Source: Desulfarculaceae bacterium (GTDB taxonomy: Bacteria > Desulfobacterota > Desulfocorpusculales > Desulfocorpusculum). From it: a stretch of 64,000 nucleotides of DNA. Positions 43,934 through 53,354 of the stretch are shown here, piece by piece (within the stretch, counting starts at the first letter, position 1; the number at the start of each line of letters is the position of its first letter). The position numbers were made by a program, and so were the translations under genes. The DNA is taken from NCBI GenBank assembly GCA_037443445.1, contig JBBIOJ010000008.1, forward strand, positions 4,122 to 68,121. Reading direction: 5' to 3'. The notes beneath the pieces are model-generated. The model ran no database searches. It was given only the letters and a program-made list of their open reading frames with translations, and was not told the DNA's origin.

Positions 43934-44866
43934 ATGATCCGACCTGCATCCAGGAAATTCTTGAGCCTCTTTGGGTGCATTTTGGCCTTTTTCTCGGCTC
44001 AGGGTCTCCCTTTGCTCCACGCCGCAGAGAAGGGGGGAGGAATGACTGGGCCGGCCTTGCCGCGGCAGGTGGGAGAGTGGCGCCTGGAGGGCCTGGATGA
44101 GAGCTACACCCCGGAGACGCTCTTTGACTACATGGACGGGGCTGCGGAGCTTTATCTGTCCTACAATTTCCGCCTTATGAGAATGGGCCGTTACAGCAGG
44201 GGAGAAGGGCCCCGGATCGTGCTGGAGCTTTATGAAATGGCCTCCTCGGAAGACGCCTTTGGGATCTTCTCCTTTGAGCGGGAGGACCGGGAGGCTGGAA
44301 TAGGGCAGGGCTCGGAGATGGGGGGAGGCATCCTGAGGTTCTGGAAAGGCCGCTACTTCGCCAGCGTATATGGGGAGGAAGAGACCTCTGAGGCTGCGAT
44401 CCTGGCCCTGGGGAAGGCCTTGGAAGCCGAGATCCGGGAACAGGGCAGGCCCCCGGAACTCCTGGCTTTCCTGCCAGAGCCCTCCCAAGGTCTGGAGCCT
44501 GGATCGGTCCGCTTCTTCAGGAGCCATGTTTGCCTCAACCAGCGCTTTTTCGTGGCCAACAAGAACATACTTCTGCTGGGCCCGGAAACAGGTGGGGTGT
44601 TGGCTGTGCTCTCAGGCCCCTGGGGCAAGGTTCACCTGGTGCTGGTGCGCTACCCAACCGAGTCCAAGGCAGCCGAAGCCCAAGAGAGTTTCGCCTCGGC
44701 CTACATGCCAGAGGCAGGCCCGGAAGGGGTGCTCCTCACAGAGGACAAGAAGTGGACCGGTGCCCTGCGAAGGGGAGACCTCTGGGTAGGGGTCTTCGGG
44801 GCCGAAAGCCGCGAGGATCTGGGAAAGATCCTGGAGATGCTCCTGGCAAGAAAGGCAGCAAGATGA
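43934..44866 (+). CDS. Exported DUF6599-like protein
   Basis: Signal peptide, LFDYMDGAAELY, YEM....DAFGIFS, FWKGRYF. Confidence 0.75.
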   Translation: MIRPASRKFLSLFGCILAFFSAQGLPLLHAAEKGGGMTGPALPRQVGEWRLEGLDESYTPETLFDYMDGAAELYLSYNFRLMRMGRYSRGEGPRIVLELYEMASSEDAFGIFSFEREDREAGIGQGSEMGGGILRFWKGRYFASVYGEEETSEAAILALGKALEAEIREQGRPPELLAFLPEPSQGLEPGSVRFFRSHVCLNQRFFVANKNILLLGPETGGVLAVLSGPWGKVHLVLVRYPTESKAAEAQESFASAYMPEAGPEGVLLTEDKKWTGALRRGDLWVGVFGAESREDLGKILEMLLARKAAR

Positions 44867-45747
44867 GCCCTCTTGTCACGAGAAGGGATTTTCTAAGAAC
44901 AGGCGGGCAGATAGGCCTGGGTTGGGCCCTGGGCTCCTCCTTGGCCGGGGCCGAGGCGCCCAAGGGGGGCTCCCGAGTGGTACTTGTGCGGGACCCAGGG
45001 ATTTTGGGCCCGGATGGGGGCATAGTATCAAACCGCCTGGCTTCTGTCTTGGATGAGGGGGTGAGGGTCCTTTTGAGCCTGGGAGATGCCAGTGAGGCCT
45101 GGGCCAAGCTGATCTGTCCCCGGGACATGGTGGGCATAAAGAGCAATGTCTGGCATTACCTGCCCACGCCCAAGGAGCTGGAGCAGGCCATAGTGAGGAG
45201 GCTCAGGGGCCTCGGGGTAAGCCCGGAGAGGATCTCTGTGGATGACCGAGGAGTGAGGTCCAACCCAGTTTTCCAGAAGGCTACGGCACTGGTGAACGTG
45301 AGGCCTCTGAGGACCCACTTTTGGTCAGGGATCGGAGGCTGCATCAAGAACTACATAATGTTCGTACCCAACCCCTCGGAGTACCATGCTGATGGCTGCG
45401 CCAATCTGGGGGCTGTCTGGAAAGAGCCCATGGTCAAGGGGAAAACCAGGCTGAATGTGCTTTGCGCCATCACTCCCCAGTTCTACGGCAGAGGTCCCCA
45501 CTACTTTGACCGCAGGTACACCTGGCCTTACTGCGGACTGATCCTGAGCCTGGACCCCGTGGCTGCGGATTCGGTGGGGGCCAGGTTGCTTTCTGCCAAG
45601 CGAAGGGAGCACTTCGGGGAGGACAAGCCCCTGGATGTGACCCCTCATCACATAGAGGTTGCCGAGAAAGTGTATGGGCTGGGGGTCGGCGACCCTGCCA
45701 GAATCCAGCTCCTGAAGTTGGGCTGGAACGAGGGGGCCTTGATCTGA
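44863..45747 (+). CDS. Tat-exported DUF362-domain protein
   Basis: TRRDFL Tat motif, VGIKSN, NVRPLRTH.WSG.GGCIKN, DPVAAD. Confidence 0.85.
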   Translation: MSPLVTRRDFLRTGGQIGLGWALGSSLAGAEAPKGGSRVVLVRDPGILGPDGGIVSNRLASVLDEGVRVLLSLGDASEAWAKLICPRDMVGIKSNVWHYLPTPKELEQAIVRRLRGLGVSPERISVDDRGVRSNPVFQKATALVNVRPLRTHFWSGIGGCIKNYIMFVPNPSEYHADGCANLGAVWKEPMVKGKTRLNVLCAITPQFYGRGPHYFDRRYTWPYCGLILSLDPVAADSVGARLLSAKRREHFGEDKPLDVTPHHIEVAEKVYGLGVGDPARIQLLKLGWNEGALI

Positions 45748-45992
45748 ACTTTATCTGAAAAGTTCTTTTCCAACCTGGATGACTGGCCGGGATCCACCAA
45801 ACCTAGGGCTCTCCCCCCTCCAGAATCCCCGGGACACTTTGAGATTTCCACTATTAAAACCTCGCTTCTGACGTCATAGCACGGGCAGAGTTTTTCTTGA
45901 GCTCCAGACACATGAATCCAACCAAACAAAATTCTTAGCCTGGATTATTTACCGCTGGTGAGCAATCCAGGCCAACAGGATTTCCCAACAAC

Positions 45993-46985
45993 TCAGGCTG
46001 GGTGAGGGGCGAAGAGGTATTCCACGGTCCTGTTTAGCATCCTGGCCCCCTTCACCTCTGTCTCAAAAAGGGGCACCAGGCTCCTGACCCTGTCCCCGAA
46101 TATCCTCCAGATCTCTTCCATGTGTTCCTGTTGCATCATGAGCCTGTTTTGGACGAACTGCGGGGCATCCTCCCCCACCAGCTCCTTTTGGATCAGGCCA
46201 TTGACCACGACTCCACCCACGGGGATCCCGAAGTCGTGGAACCAATTGATGAACCTAGTAATGACAGCTATGGGCAGGGCTTCTGGCAGAGTCACGAAAA
46301 AGAAGGCCGTAAGGGACTCGTCGGTCAGGAGCTCCTTGGCCTTTCCCATGCGCTCTCTGAAAGTGAGGAGGTAGTCCAGCAGGGGATCCTTCTCCTCCTT
46401 CTTGGAAAAGGAGAGCATCTCCCTTAGGGATCTGGCCTCTTGTCTGCTCCTGAGCATCTTTTCCACCCACATGGAGTAAACCTTGGACATGCCCAAGAGC
46501 CTTCTGGCATTGGCGGTCGGGGCTGTGTCGAAGACATAGAAGTCGTACTCGTCCCTGAACATGATCTCCATCATGTTCTCGAACATGGCCGACTCCTCGA
46601 AGGCCGGATTCATGGTGGCCGACTCTATGAAGTCCTCTGCCTTGGTGGTGATGTCAGCGAACTTAAGAAACCAGTTTATCTTCTCCCTTATCTCCTGCTT
46701 GGAGCGTTCTATGGTGTCTTTGGTGTCTATCTCAAAGGCGTAACAGTTCTGCTCGTCGCAAACCACTGCCACCTTGCCAAAGACGTCCTTTTCCAGCAGA
46801 TTTGAGAGGCTGTGCACCGGGTTGGTGGAGGCAAGAAGCGTCTTTTTGCCCTGCCTGGCCGCCCAGAGGGCTGCGGCCCCCGCCATGACCGTCTTGCCCA
46901 CACCTCCTTTGCCCCCGAAGAACACGTACTTGAGCTTGGGGTGCTCCTGCATGAAACGGTTCATGTCCTTGGTAATGCTGCCCAC
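45993..46985 (-). CDS. ArsA/GET3-family ATPase, single domain, STNP variant
   Basis: GKGGVGKT, STNPVHSL, FDTAPT. Confidence 0.9.
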   Translation of the reverse strand: MGSITKDMNRFMQEHPKLKYVFFGGKGGVGKTVMAGAAALWAARQGKKTLLASTNPVHSLSNLLEKDVFGKVAVVCDEQNCYAFEIDTKDTIERSKQEIREKINWFLKFADITTKAEDFIESATMNPAFEESAMFENMMEIMFRDEYDFYVFDTAPTANARRLLGMSKVYSMWVEKMLRSRQEARSLREMLSFSKKEEKDPLLDYLLTFRERMGKAKELLTDESLTAFFFVTLPEALPIAVITRFINWFHDFGIPVGGVVVNGLIQKELVGEDAPQFVQNRLMMQQEHMEEIWRIFGDRVRSLVPLFETEVKGARMLNRTVEYLFAPHPA

Positions 46986-47204
46986 GTGGCTTCTCCTTCC
47001 CTGGCTCGGATCATTGCCCGGGCCGAGTGCGTTCGGGGGCCCAAGCTCCTAAGCCCCCGGGCTGCCATGAGATGTCCGAACCCAAAACCCTTTCTCGAAA
47101 ATCATCACACAGGCAGAAGCTTTTCAGGCATATTCGCCTCGCTGTGAGTCCAAGCCGTTCGGCGCATTTTCCACTTCCCCTGAACAGTGCTGGCCGGCTG
47201 CGGT

Positions 47205-48191
47205 TCAGAACTCCCCGAACATTACCCTAGCCATTCTCTCTATCATGGGAAGCCCCGTGACATCCCTTTCCATCTCAGGCACCGCTGCCAAGATCTGATC
47301 CCCAAAAGTGCTGCTTATGACCTTCAGATAGTGCTCCTGCATTGCCAGCCTGTTTTTCAAGTAATCCGGGATGGCCTGGTGCTTGAGCTCCTGGGGGATC
47401 AACCTGTTGATAATGTAGCCGCTCAGGGGCACATCGAACTTGGAGAATAGCTCCGCAGCCTTCACAGTGTCCTTGATTACCATCTCCTCCGGAGTGATGA
47501 CGAAGAAAAAGGCGGTCATTTTCTTGTCCGTCAGGATCTTGGAGGACTTGTTGATCCTGTCCTTGATATAGAGGAGCTCGTTCAAAATGGCGTCCTCGTC
47601 CAGCTCCTTCTCCCTCTTGATCACCGCCGCCACCTGGTCGTACTCGCGCATCTGCTGGCGAAGTCCCGTGATCTTCCCGATCCAGGCGTCGTATACCGAT
47701 GCCATGCTGAGGTAATAGAGGGCATGGCCCAAGGGCACCAGATCGTAAACATAGTAGTCGTACCCTCCCTGGACCACTATGTCCACAACCTGGTCAAAGA
47801 TGGCGCTCTCTTCCATGGCCGGCTCTGCTGCGGCAGCCTGGATGTAGCTCTCTATCTCCTCGGGGATCGTGTCCATCCCGTACATGTCCCTTATCTTCTG
47901 CCTGATTTCCTCCTGATACTCCCGCACCCTCTTGTCAGCATCTATCTCCTGGGCATAGAGATTGGGAATGATTTCCGTGGGTCCCTTCCCGAAGATGTCC
48001 CTCTGAAAGATGTCGGTGAGAGAGGCCTGCGGGTCCACGGAAAAGATCAGGACCCTGTGTCCCCTTTTGGCCAGGTAGTAGGCTGTGGCTGCCGAAAAGG
48101 TGGTCTTGCCGAGACCCCCTTTCCCGCCGAACATTATGTAACGCCGGTCAGGAAACTGCTCGAAGATCCGTGCCAGAGAAATGGGAATCAC
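47205..48191 (-). CDS. ArsA/GET3-family ATPase, single domain, DLVPLGH variant
   Basis: GKGGLGKTT, SVDPQASL, YDLVPLGH. Confidence 0.9.
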   Translation of the reverse strand: MIPISLARIFEQFPDRRYIMFGGKGGLGKTTFSAATAYYLAKRGHRVLIFSVDPQASLTDIFQRDIFGKGPTEIIPNLYAQEIDADKRVREYQEEIRQKIRDMYGMDTIPEEIESYIQAAAAEPAMEESAIFDQVVDIVVQGGYDYYVYDLVPLGHALYYLSMASVYDAWIGKITGLRQQMREYDQVAAVIKREKELDEDAILNELLYIKDRINKSSKILTDKKMTAFFFVITPEEMVIKDTVKAAELFSKFDVPLSGYIINRLIPQELKHQAIPDYLKNRLAMQEHYLKVISSTFGDQILAAVPEMERDVTGLPMIERMARVMFGEF

Positions 48192-48287
48192 CCCCCTTCC
48201 TTTTTGCCTCTTCCCCCAAGCAGCCGAGTGGGGTCAAGCCCCTTGGCGGCTCTGACCGCTTCACTCCAAGGGCCAAGCAGAGACTTT

Positions 48288-48560
48288 TCAAGCCAGGGCG
48301 TCGGTCAAGTCCTTTTCCCTGAGCATCCTTCTCTTCCAAGTGGATATCTGGGGAACCACGTACGGGAGAAGGCGAAGGGAATAATAAGGGGGCAAGATGG
48401 GGACCCCCAACATGTCTCCCATGGTTATGAGGATAAAGAGGTGCTCCATGCTGGCCCTGGTCTTGAGGGCAAAGCGGGCAGAGTCGTGGGCAGCCACCCC
48501 GTACACGAATTCCTTTACGGCCTGGAAAAATCCCCCTTTTTTCTTCTCCTCTTTGGACAT
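48288..48560 (-). CDS. Small cstA-associated hypothetical protein
   Basis: EFVYG...EHLFILITMGDMLGVPILPPYYSLRLLPY. Lies between cstA and the ArsA-like genes. Confidence 0.8.
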   Translation of the reverse strand: MSKEEKKKGGFFQAVKEFVYGVAAHDSARFALKTRASMEHLFILITMGDMLGVPILPPYYSLRLLPYVVPQISTWKRRMLREKDLTDALA

Positions 48561-48641
48561 GTCCACCGTCTCCTCACCCTGTGCCTTGCTGGGTGGTGCC
48601 CCCCCCCAGCCGGGGAGACACCACCCCATCCAGAATCCCTA

Positions 48642-50327
48642 TCAGGCCTGCGCACCTGCGGGTTGAACCTTCATGGCCCTGTACCGGCCAAAGGCCTTGA
48701 GGCCCTCGTAGGCCAGCACAAAGGAGGCCAGGACCAGGAAGAAGCCGATGATCCCTATGACCGCATTGCCTGCAGCGGCCTCTCCCTTGACCGCCCCCTT
48801 GAAGACCTTGTCCAGCAGATTGTAGGAGGTGTAAAGCAGCGCCGCCACCGTGGTCACGAACATGAACACCGTGGGCCACAGGCTCCAGGAGGCTGGTCTA
48901 CCCTCGGACATGAGCCAGGCCGTGATGATCATCAAAGCCATGGAGGCCATGAGCTGGTTGGCCCCGCCAAAGAGGATCCAGAGGTACTGCCACCATCCTG
49001 TCATGACCAGGAAGATGCCCAGGAGACTGGCTATGAAGGTCCCCACGTGGGCATTCCTGAAAACCGGGCTAATGTCGCTCAGGAGCTCTGAGGTGGCTAT
49101 CCTCATGAAACGGATCACCAGCTGCATGATAGTGATGGCCAGGAATATCATCATGACGCTCCCGTAGGAACGGCCCACATCTGCCGGGAGCCCCACTGCC
49201 CCCAGGAATTTGGACACCCCTGCTGCGAATACCCCGCCGGGCCCCTTGGCTATGGCCTCTCCGTACTGGGCCGGAGAGGCATAAAGGGTGCCTGCGATTA
49301 TGAGGGCGAACAGTGCCAGCAACATCTCCACGAACATGACCCCACCTCCCACGGGCAGGGCATCCTGCTCGTTCTCAAGCTGCCTGGCCGTGCCCGAGCT
49401 TGACACCAGGCTATGCCATCCTGAGATGGCCCCGCAGGCCACGGTCACGAACATTATGGGCCAGATGGGCCCAATCTTGATGGTGAAGGAGGAGTAGGCC
49501 GGGAGCGTGAAGTCGGGGTGAAGGATCACAACCCCGATGAGCCCGAAGAAAAGCCCCAGGAAAACCACGTAGGCTGCCACGTAGTTTATGGGAAGGGCAA
49601 AGCGCCAGATGGGAAGCACTGCCGCAAAGTAACAGAAAACGAACGCCGCGATGGCCCACAGCCATCTTTCGTTTGCCAGGCCTGCCCCTATTATCTTGTC
49701 CGAAGGGGCCACGGTGCCAACCCAGATCCCTATTAAGGCCAGCACCACGGTCACCACCGTAGTCAAGATAATGTCCTTGCGCCACCTGTAGATCATCTGC
49801 CCTGCCAGGAGGCCTGCCCCTGTCAGGAAAAGCCAAGCCATGGGGGAGCCCTTTAGGCCTATGGCGGTGCTGACCACCACGTTCCCGAAGGCCCCGGCTA
49901 TGAGGAGAAGGTAGAAATAGATAAAGGCCAAGAGGATCATCCTGGCCCTGGGGGAGATGAGCTTGTGACTGAGCCCTCCCATGGAGGCACCGTCTTTGCG
50001 CATGGCCACCATGGCGCTGGCGTAATCTTGCACCCAGCCTATGAACAGTGTGCCCAGTAGGATCCAGACCAGGGCCGGCAGCCACCCCCACTGAAGGGCT
50101 ATGATGGGACCCAGGATGGGCCCTGCCCCAGCTATGGACTTGAACTGGTACCCGAATAGGATGTTTCTGCTTGTGGGCATGAACTCCACACCGTCCATGT
50201 ACATCTTGGCGGGAGTAGCCTTGCGCGGGTCGGACTGGATTACCCTCCTGTCAATGCGTTTAGCGTAGAGGCGGTAGCCGAAATAGGCCACCGCAAGTCC
50301 CAGTACTAGAACGACCACCGAGTTCAT
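48642..50327 (-). CDS. cstA: Carbon starvation protein A-family transporter
   Basis: TPA...DG.EF.PT, FKSIAGAGPILGP, VACGAISGWHSL, FGGANQL. Many TM helices. Confidence 0.93.
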   Translation of the reverse strand: MNSVVVLVLGLAVAYFGYRLYAKRIDRRVIQSDPRKATPAKMYMDGVEFMPTSRNILFGYQFKSIAGAGPILGPIIALQWGWLPALVWILLGTLFIGWVQDYASAMVAMRKDGASMGGLSHKLISPRARMILLAFIYFYLLLIAGAFGNVVVSTAIGLKGSPMAWLFLTGAGLLAGQMIYRWRKDIILTTVVTVVLALIGIWVGTVAPSDKIIGAGLANERWLWAIAAFVFCYFAAVLPIWRFALPINYVAAYVVFLGLFFGLIGVVILHPDFTLPAYSSFTIKIGPIWPIMFVTVACGAISGWHSLVSSSGTARQLENEQDALPVGGGVMFVEMLLALFALIIAGTLYASPAQYGEAIAKGPGGVFAAGVSKFLGAVGLPADVGRSYGSVMMIFLAITIMQLVIRFMRIATSELLSDISPVFRNAHVGTFIASLLGIFLVMTGWWQYLWILFGGANQLMASMALMIITAWLMSEGRPASWSLWPTVFMFVTTVAALLYTSYNLLDKVFKGAVKGEAAAGNAVIGIIGFFLVLASFVLAYEGLKAFGRYRAMKVQPAGAQA

Positions 50328-50606
50328 TCCTCCACCTCCTTATGGTTTTGGGGTGATAAAGGAACGCCTTAAAAGGCGCACTAGGGCTTCTCCTAATGCC
50401 CCCGCACCTTCTCATCCACAAAGGACTTTTGGCTCTAGTGGTCATTGGCTGTTGGGATTGATTGGAACTGGAACCGAGAGAATCCTATATCTTCTTCACT
50501 TACGGTGTCAAGAACAAATGCTCCTTTTTTCCTCTGGATCAGCTTGACTTGGAAAGCCCAAGGCTGTACATCCTGGGTGCGGCCTCAGGGGAAAGGAAAA
50601 TGGGAC

Positions 50607-51308
50607 ATGCTCAGGTTCGTGCTCTTCGACATAGACCAGACTTTGATTGACGCCAAGGGGGCCGGGGCAAGGGCCCTGGCCAGCGCCTTGCGGGAGCTGT
50701 GCGGTGGGAACTGTGGCATTGAGGGCCTGGAGATGGCAGGAAAGACAGACCTTCAGATAGTGAAGGAAGCCTTGGGCAGGGAGGGATTGGCCCTGGATGA
50801 AGGGTTGGTCCTGAAGGTCTCAAGGAGTTACATCCATCACCTCAGGCAGGAAATGGCTTCTTGCAAAGGGCATCTCATGCCTGGAGTGAGGGAGCTGTTG
50901 GGAAGGCTGAGGGAGCAGGAAGGGGTACATCTGGGGCTCTTGACCGGAAATCTGGAGGAGGGGGCGCGGCTCAAGCTGGGCCCCTTCGGACTAAACGAGT
51001 TTTTCCCCTTGGGGGCCTTCGGGGGGGACAGGGAGGACAGAAACCAGCTCCTGCCGGTGGCTGTGGAGAGACTCAAGGCAGAAAGGGGGATCCAGGTTCG
51101 ATTCGAGGAGTGTGTGGTCATAGGAGACACCCCCAGGGACGTGGCCTGTGCCAAAGTGCATGGAAGCCCGTGCATAGGGGTGGCCACAGGACGTTATTCA
51201 GTGGAGGTCTTGAGAAGCGCAGGGGCGGATTTGGCCGTGGAAGACCTCTCCAGAACAGAGGAGATCCTGGAGTGGATCCATAAGCCTCTTTCGGCTCGCT
51301 GTGTCTAG
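50607..51308 (+). CDS. HAD-superfamily hydrolase
   Basis: LFDIDQTL, LTGN, IGDTPRD. Confidence 0.9.
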   Translation: MLRFVLFDIDQTLIDAKGAGARALASALRELCGGNCGIEGLEMAGKTDLQIVKEALGREGLALDEGLVLKVSRSYIHHLRQEMASCKGHLMPGVRELLGRLREQEGVHLGLLTGNLEEGARLKLGPFGLNEFFPLGAFGGDREDRNQLLPVAVERLKAERGIQVRFEECVVIGDTPRDVACAKVHGSPCIGVATGRYSVEVLRSAGADLAVEDLSRTEEILEWIHKPLSARCV

Positions 51309-51379
51309 CTCGGGTCAGGGCCTGCAGCTCAGGGGGATCAAGCCCCCAGGACTTCCTGGTGACCCAAGAGAGGTGAGCC

Positions 51380-52678
51380 ATGGTTAACACAGATGAATCC
51401 CTGGCCAAGTCTCTTCGCTACAGATGGTTGATCTTCTGGATCCTGGCCTTTGGCTACATCCTGGTTTACTTCCACCGCCTTTGCCCGGCCGTGGTGGCCG
51501 TGGACATGATGAAGGATCTGCAAACCAGCGGGGAGCTGCTGGGGCTTCTGGCCTCAGCTTATTTCTATCCTTACGCCGTGATGCAACTGCCAGCAGGGCT
51601 GCTTTCAGACTCCTGGGGTCCCAGACGGACCATAACCTTGTTTTTCTGCTTGGCCTTTGTGGGGTCGGTGATCCTGGGAATGGCTCCCACAGTGGGGCTG
51701 GCCGTGGTGGGGAGGGCCCTTGTGGGCCTCGGGGTTTCAATGCTCTTTGTGCCCACCCTCAAGATACTGGCCGAGTGGTTCCTGACAAGAGAGTTTGCCA
51801 CCATGACCGGAATCCTCATGGCCACGGGCGGCATAGGCTCCCTGAGCGCTGCCACTCCCCTGGCCCTCTTGAGCGGCTGGTTGGGTTGGAGGCTTTCCTT
51901 TGGGTTTGTGGGGGGGTTGACACTGCTTCTGGCCTTGATGGTATGGACCCTGGTGAGGGACAAGCCCTCGGAGTTCGGATGGAGTTCCCCCACAGAGGCC
52001 GAGAGAAAACAGACAGCCTTGCCTCCCATAGGCCTGTGGGAGGGAGTCAGGAAGGTGCTCGCCCACCCCCCCTTTTGGCCGGTGGCAGCCTGGTTCTTCT
52101 TTGACTGCGGGGTCTTTTTCTCCTTCGGGGGGCTTTGGGGTGGGCCTTACCTGGCGCATGTGTACGGGCTGGGCCGGGACAAGGCCGGGCACGTGCTCTC
52201 CATGATGGCCGTTGGAATGATCCTGGGAAGCCCGCTTCTGAGCTATGCCTCGGACAAGTGGGTAAAGGGCAGGAAACCGGTCCTGGTGATCTGCAGTCTG
52301 GCCCTGGTGGGCCTCACCGGGGTTCTGGCCTTTGCCACCACGGACATCCCCCTTTGGGGCCTGTACGGGATCTGCCTGGGGCTGGGTGTTTTCTCCAGCG
52401 CCATTGTGGTCATAGCCTTTACCACTGCCAAGGAGCTCTTCCCAGTGCAGATTGCCGGCACCTCCACGGGCCTCGTGAACCTGTTCCCCTTTGCGGGGGG
52501 AGCGGTTTTCCAGCCTGTGCTGGGCCACATCCTGGAGAAGCATGGGAGGGTCTCGGGGGCCTTCCAGCCAGCAGGCTACCAGGAAGCCTTTCTGGTGCTC
52601 TTCGGGTGTGGATTGGCAGCTTTGACAGCAAGCCTCCTGCTCAAGGAGACTCTCATCAGGCAGGCTCCTTCCGGGTAG
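51380..52678 (+). CDS. MFS transporter
   Basis: About 12 TM helices, GLLSDSWGPRR motif A. Confidence 0.92.
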   Translation: MVNTDESLAKSLRYRWLIFWILAFGYILVYFHRLCPAVVAVDMMKDLQTSGELLGLLASAYFYPYAVMQLPAGLLSDSWGPRRTITLFFCLAFVGSVILGMAPTVGLAVVGRALVGLGVSMLFVPTLKILAEWFLTREFATMTGILMATGGIGSLSAATPLALLSGWLGWRLSFGFVGGLTLLLALMVWTLVRDKPSEFGWSSPTEAERKQTALPPIGLWEGVRKVLAHPPFWPVAAWFFFDCGVFFSFGGLWGGPYLAHVYGLGRDKAGHVLSMMAVGMILGSPLLSYASDKWVKGRKPVLVICSLALVGLTGVLAFATTDIPLWGLYGICLGLGVFSSAIVVIAFTTAKELFPVQIAGTSTGLVNLFPFAGGAVFQPVLGHILEKHGRVSGAFQPAGYQEAFLVLFGCGLAALTASLLLKETLIRQAPSG

Positions 52679-52838
52679 GCGCCAGAGGCCCTCTGTGCTA
52701 CAATGGCCTGGTCCCTTGAGGCCCGCTTTTCTGAAAAACATCACACAGGGTTTTCACAACCGGGAACCACCAACATCACTGGGTATTAACTTCGGCCAGT
52801 GGGGTTTGCCCACCAATTCATCCAGAGAGGTGCATGGC

Positions 52839-53339
52839 ATGAAATCAGCCCAGGTGGACCTCACCGGATACTTCCCCGGTCTCATAGGCAGGGTGGTGGA
52901 GTTGCACGCCAGTTACTACCACGAGCACTGGGGGCTTGATCTTTCTTTTGAAATCCAGGTGGCAACAGAGCTGTCCCGGTTCATGGCTGCCTTTGTGCCG
53001 GGGAGGGACGGTTTTTGGGCAGCCAGGTGTGATGGGGAGTTTGCGGGCTTCCTGGCCATAGACGGAAGCCAGGCCGCCCAGGAGGGAGCCAGGCTGCGAT
53101 GGTTCATCGTGGCCCCGGAATTCCAGGGTCGGGGAGTCGGGAACCTCTTGATAAGAGAAGGCATGAGGTTCTGCCAGGAAGCCGGTCACAAGAAGGTATT
53201 CCTCTGGACATTCGAGGGGCTGGACGTGGCAAGGAGGCTCTATGAGCAGCAGGGCTTTTCTTTGACCTTGCAGCAAAAGGTCAGACAGTGGGGCCGCTTG
53301 ATCCGGGAGCAGAGGTTCGAGTGGAAAGCCAGCCCTTAG
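52839..53339 (+). CDS. GNAT-family acetyltransferase
   Basis: LRWFIV.PEFQGRGVG..L, ARRLYEQQGF. Confidence 0.9.
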   Translation: MKSAQVDLTGYFPGLIGRVVELHASYYHEHWGLDLSFEIQVATELSRFMAAFVPGRDGFWAARCDGEFAGFLAIDGSQAAQEGARLRWFIVAPEFQGRGVGNLLIREGMRFCQEAGHKKVFLWTFEGLDVARRLYEQQGFSLTLQQKVRQWGRLIREQRFEWKASP

Positions 53340-53354
53340 GGTTCGGGGAGAGCC

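Noticed and set aside
45993-48191. Arsenic resistance operon
   Set aside because: No arsB/acr3/arsC/arsR/arsD, motifs are degenerate, and the context is cstA.
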